Assembly: GCA_016783745.1 (NCBI GenBank)
Contig: JADHVZ010000008.1
Coordinates: forward strand, 1-57,715
Direction: 5' to 3'
Length of the DNA: 57,715 nucleotides
Origin: Candidatus Omnitrophota bacterium
GTDB taxonomy: Bacteria > Omnitrophota > Gorgyraeia > JAHIPI01
Of this stretch, positions 54,182 to 57,715 are shown piece by piece. The position numbers were made by a program, and so were the translations under genes. How positions within the stretch are numbered: position 1 is the stretch's first letter; every line of letters starts with the position of its first letter. Under the pieces are notes generated by a model that ran no database searches, was not told the origin of the DNA, and worked only from the letters and a program-made list of their open reading frames with translations.

Positions 54182-55642
54182 ATGGGTAACGAATGGCAGG
54201 GCCCGCTCGAGAAAATAGACGCCTACAGGTGGATGATCCCGCAGACTTACGCAAACGGGATGAAAGTCCCGGGCATGATATACGCCGATGAAAACCTGCT
54301 TAAAAGTATAAAGCGTGACAGGGCACCTCAACAGGTTTCCAACGCTGCTTTCCTTCCGGGTATTGTCAAATATTCATTCGCTATGCCTGATATCCACTGG
54401 GGATACGGCCTGCCTATCGGAGGTGTTGTTGCTACCGATATCGAAGCGGGAGGAGTCATCACGCCCGGCGGCGTGGGTTTTGACATCTGCTGCGGCCTGC
54501 GGCTCTTGCGTTCCAATCTTACCGAAAAAGAAGTCAGGCCTAAGCTTGATAACCTTATTCATGCACTCTTTTCCAATGTACCGGCCGGCGTAGGCTCAAA
54601 AAGTAATATAAAAGTGAACGCGGCGGAAGAAGAAAAGATCATGGTGAAAGGCGCCCGCTGGGCCGTTGAAAAAGGCTTCGGTACAAAAGAGGACCTTGAG
54701 CGGACAGAAGATGGCGGGTGCATGGAAGGAGCCGACGCTTCCCATGTATCTGATAGGGCCTTTGAGCGCGGAAGCAATCAATCAGGAACACTTGGATCGG
54801 GAAATCATTTTCTAGAAGTGCAGATCGTGGATGAGGTATATGATGATAATGCTGCCGGCATTTTAGGCTTGGATAAAGGAGCTATAACTGTTATGATACA
54901 TTGTGGCAGCCGCGGCTTTGGCCACCAGGTCTGTAGTGATTACTCAAAGGGCATGGTCAGGGCTCTTTCAAAATATAATATAAATGTTCCGGACCGTCAG
55001 CTCGCATGTGCCCCTGTCAATTCACCGGAGGGCAAAGCGTATATTGCCGCGATGAAATGCGCCGCGAACTATGCCTGGAATAACAGGCAGTGCCTGATGC
55101 ATAAAGTAAGAGGCGTCTTTGAGAAAGTCTTTGAGGCCGGGCAGAAAGATCTTGGAATGGCGCTGGTCTGGGACGTTGCGCATAATATAGCTAAATTTGA
55201 GAAATACAATATAAACGGCAAAGATAAGCTTCTATGCGTTCATAGAAAAGGCGCTACAAGGGCATTCGGGCCCGATAATCCCGCTGTTCCCGGAATATAT
55301 AGAAAAATAGGCCAGCCTGTTATCATCCCCGGGGATATGGGCCGTAATTCTTATGTACTCGTTGGCACGAAGAAGGCCGAAGAAGAGACATTCGGCAGCA
55401 CCTGTCATGGTGCGGGCAGGCTTATGTCGCGAAAGGCCGCAGCTAATGCGCCAGAAAGGCATACGCTTCTCCGGGATCTCGAAGCAAAAGGCATAAAAGT
55501 AATGGCAGCGGGAAGAGGCACTCTTGCCGAAGAAGCTCCTTACGCGTATAAGAACGTTAATGAAGTAGTAGATGTGGTACACAATGCCGGAATATCAAAA
55601 AAAGTATGCAGGATGCGACCGATAGGTGTCATCAAAGGATAG
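54182..55642 (+). CDS. rtcB: RNA 3'-phosphate ligase RtcB
   Basis: MPD.H.GYG.PIGGV, GG.G.DI.CG, SGNHF.E and GS.CHGAGR motifs. Confidence 0.96.
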   Translation: MGNEWQGPLEKIDAYRWMIPQTYANGMKVPGMIYADENLLKSIKRDRAPQQVSNAAFLPGIVKYSFAMPDIHWGYGLPIGGVVATDIEAGGVITPGGVGFDICCGLRLLRSNLTEKEVRPKLDNLIHALFSNVPAGVGSKSNIKVNAAEEEKIMVKGARWAVEKGFGTKEDLERTEDGGCMEGADASHVSDRAFERGSNQSGTLGSGNHFLEVQIVDEVYDDNAAGILGLDKGAITVMIHCGSRGFGHQVCSDYSKGMVRALSKYNINVPDRQLACAPVNSPEGKAYIAAMKCAANYAWNNRQCLMHKVRGVFEKVFEAGQKDLGMALVWDVAHNIAKFEKYNINGKDKLLCVHRKGATRAFGPDNPAVPGIYRKIGQPVIIPGDMGRNSYVLVGTKKAEEETFGSTCHGAGRLMSRKAAANAPERHTLLRDLEAKGIKVMAAGRGTLAEEAPYAYKNVNEVVDVVHNAGISKKVCRMRPIGVIKG

Positions 55643-55659
55643 AGGGAGTAAGGTGGCTT

Positions 55660-56937
55660 ATGCTTGATATAAAATTTATTAGAGAATACCCGGATATAGT
55701 TAAGAAATCGTTAAAAGATAGAAATACTAAGCTTGATATCGATGAACTGCTTTCACTTGATACAAAAAGGCGGGAATTACTTACAGAAGTGGAGGCGCTT
55801 AAGCATAAAAAGAACACACTTTCCCAGAAAATAGGCCAGAAACTAGCAAAAAAAGAGGATGTAAATCGAGAGAAAAGTGAGATTAAATCAATATCCCAAA
55901 ATATCAATGAAATAGAGCCAAAAGTGGAAGAAATTGAGCAAAAAATTCACCATTTTGTATTCACTATCCCAAATATACCCCATAAATCCGTTCATATTGG
56001 TCCTGAAAAAGAAGCAAATCAGGTGGTAAAGGAGTGGGGTAAGCCTCCAAAATTCAACTTTAAGCCGAGTACCCATATAGAAATAGCCGATCTCCTGGAC
56101 ATCATCGACTTTAAGAGAGCCTCAAAAATCACAGGTTCATCCTTCATATTATACAAAGGCCTTGGAGCCAGGCTGGAAAGAGCGCTGATCAATTTTATGC
56201 TCGATTTACATACTAAGAAGCATGGTTATACGGAAGTATTTCCGCCTTTTCTGGTGAATAGGGACAGCATGACAGGTACCGGACAGCTCCCTAACCTGGA
56301 AGAAGATATGTATAAATTAAAGGATGACGATCTATTTTTGATACCCACGGCGGAAGTGCCTGTGACAAATATGCATAGAGACGAAGTCATTGCTTTCGAT
56401 AAGTTGCCGCTCTGCTACGCCGCGTATACAGCGTGTTTCAGGAGAGAAGCAGGATCATATGGGAAGGATACCAAAGGCCTTACCAGAGTGCACCAGTTTG
56501 ACAAAGTGGAGATGGTCAAATTTGTCAAGCCGGAGACATCTTACAATGAACTGGAGTCCCTGCTGCAGAATGCCGAAAAAGTGATCCAGCTTCTTGAGCT
56601 GCCCTACAGGATCATTCAGCTTTCTTCGCATGGGATAAGCTTCGCGGCGTCAAAATGCTACGACATTGAATTATGGGCGGAGGGAAGTAAGATGCAGCTC
56701 GAGGTCTCAAGTTGCAGCAATTTTGAGGATTTCCAGGCGCGAAGGGCGAATATAAGGTATCGGGATAAGAAGACTAACAAACTCTCATATGTCCATACGT
56801 TAAACGGATCCGGAGTCGCCACAGCAAGGCTGCTTATAGCTTTATTGGAGAATCATCAGACTAAGGCCGGAAACGTACTTATACCTAAAGCGTTACGGCC
56901 ATATATGGACGGCCTTAAGGAAATAAAACCGGCCTAG
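55660..56937 (+). CDS. serS: Seryl-tRNA synthetase
   Basis: MLDIKFIRE N-terminal coiled-coil arm and class II motifs (FRRE...G.D..GL.RVHQF.KVE, GSG.A..R). Start moved to the ATG at 55660, downstream of the rtcB stop. Confidence 0.93.
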   Translation: MLDIKFIREYPDIVKKSLKDRNTKLDIDELLSLDTKRRELLTEVEALKHKKNTLSQKIGQKLAKKEDVNREKSEIKSISQNINEIEPKVEEIEQKIHHFVFTIPNIPHKSVHIGPEKEANQVVKEWGKPPKFNFKPSTHIEIADLLDIIDFKRASKITGSSFILYKGLGARLERALINFMLDLHTKKHGYTEVFPPFLVNRDSMTGTGQLPNLEEDMYKLKDDDLFLIPTAEVPVTNMHRDEVIAFDKLPLCYAAYTACFRREAGSYGKDTKGLTRVHQFDKVEMVKFVKPETSYNELESLLQNAEKVIQLLELPYRIIQLSSHGISFAASKCYDIELWAEGSKMQLEVSSCSNFEDFQARRANIRYRDKKTNKLSYVHTLNGSGVATARLLIALLENHQTKAGNVLIPKALRPYMDGLKEIKPA

Positions 56938-56941
56938 CTAG

Positions 56942-57607
56942 ATGCGGAAAACAGTTAAGACAGTCATAGGAATATTATTATTACCGTTTGTAATAAGTTT
57001 TTCCAAGTCATTCTATTCGCAGTTCGGGAATATAGATGTTTTTTTGTCAATGGGGCAGCAATATTTTTTGTTCGGAATAGGGATATATTGCTTTATTCAG
57101 CTTTTTTTGTTCAAGCCGGTATACGCTTATGTATTAGGGCATGAGACGGTTCACGCTCTGGCGGCCTGGCTTTGTTTCGGCAAGGTGACATCTTTTAAAG
57201 CTTCTTCCGCCGGCGGGAGCATCTCAACAAGTAAAAACAATATATTTATTTCTCTCAGCCCGTATTTTATCCCCATTTATTCATTGACTTTGATCGTGGT
57301 TTATTATTTAATAAACCATGTTTTTACGGATGGCCTGATAAGCCCGTCATATTTTATGCTTCTTTTAGGGCTGACGATCGCTTTTCACATCATAATGACG
57401 GTCGACACGTTAAAAACAAGGCAGCCCGATCTTATTAAGGCGGGCTATCTTACTTCTTCGATATTTATATATGTGATCAATGTGACTGTGATAGCTCTGG
57501 CGTTCGGGATCTTATTCGAGGGTTTTTCATTCCGCTCTTTTTTAAGTAACGCGTATGTGATGTCTTTGCATATATATAAGTCGATCTTTAACCAGTTGTT
57601 TTTGTAG
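56942..57607 (+). CDS. Polytopic membrane protein with an HExxH motif (putative intramembrane metalloprotease-like)
   Basis: 6 or so TM segments. GHETVHAL lies at a TM boundary. The family is not identified. Confidence 0.55.
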   Translation: MRKTVKTVIGILLLPFVISFSKSFYSQFGNIDVFLSMGQQYFLFGIGIYCFIQLFLFKPVYAYVLGHETVHALAAWLCFGKVTSFKASSAGGSISTSKNNIFISLSPYFIPIYSLTLIVVYYLINHVFTDGLISPSYFMLLLGLTIAFHIIMTVDTLKTRQPDLIKAGYLTSSIFIYVINVTVIALAFGILFEGFSFRSFLSNAYVMSLHIYKSIFNQLFL

Positions 57608-57623
57608 GTTAAAATCGGGAAAC

Positions 57624-57715
57624 GGAGAGGTACGGAAGTGGATAAAACCGGGCGGTCTTGAAAACCGCTTGACTCCTTGCGGGTCACGTGGGTTCGAATC
57701 CCACCCTCTCCGCCA
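57624..57715 (+). tRNA. tRNA-Ser (anticodon TGA), CCA encoded, long variable arm; ends at the window edge
   Basis: Acceptor GGAGAGG/CCTCTCC, anticodon stem GCGGT/ACCGC with loop CTTGAAA, a long variable arm, and T arm GTGGG-TTCGAAT-CCCAC. Confidence 0.88.

Overview
57.7-kb window from a diderm, LPS-making bacterium; the phylum cannot be told by eye. All functional calls come from reading the supplied translations for family motifs and reading the DNA directly. No searches were run. Positions 1-27 kb are housekeeping: glmU-prs-rplY-pth; rpsF-ssb-rpsR-rplI-dnaB; bamA-skp-lpxD-lpxC-fabZ-lpxI; nadE-glnA; a polytopic membrane protein; lpxB plus a Gfo/Idh/MocA oxidoreductase on the minus strand; msbA; a 996-aa secreted (CBM-Ig)x2-glycosidase; rpsB-tsf-pyrH-frr; tRNA-Lys. 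From tRNA-Lys (27.1 kb) to about 53 kb the window is a mosaic accessory region, visibly more AT-rich in places (by eye, not computed). It carries three decayed fragments: a truncated and frameshifted large serine recombinase, a beta-CASP RNase C-terminus, and an rve transposase core. It also holds an HTH-DUF4065 (Panacea-type) antitoxin with a RelE/ParE-like toxin, an ArsR-MMPL/RND-LolA-like-barrel cluster, an MFS transporter, a DUF2892-permease-ArsM-like methyltransferase-Cys-rich membrane protein set, a Fur gene with palindromic operators controlling a porin and FMN-binding module, a LOG-family protein, a membrane pyrophosphatase, and a second ArsR. The most unusual locus is an unannotated 43-aa Cys-rich, acidic-tailed micro-ORF followed by a KamA-type aminomutase, two ATP-grasp ligases, an S66 peptidase fragment and a TreT-like trehalose synthase. 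The right end carries an overlapping pair of small genes (DUF5674-like plus unknown), archease-rtcB, serS, an HExxH membrane protein and tRNA-Ser. Several intergenic regions contain odd short-period (7, 8 or 10 nt) tandem repeats. Some form long hairpins, and some repeat the upstream stop codon in all three frames. Several textbook TTGACA-N17-TATAAT promoters are visible. No CRISPR array, rRNA or intact mobile element was seen.
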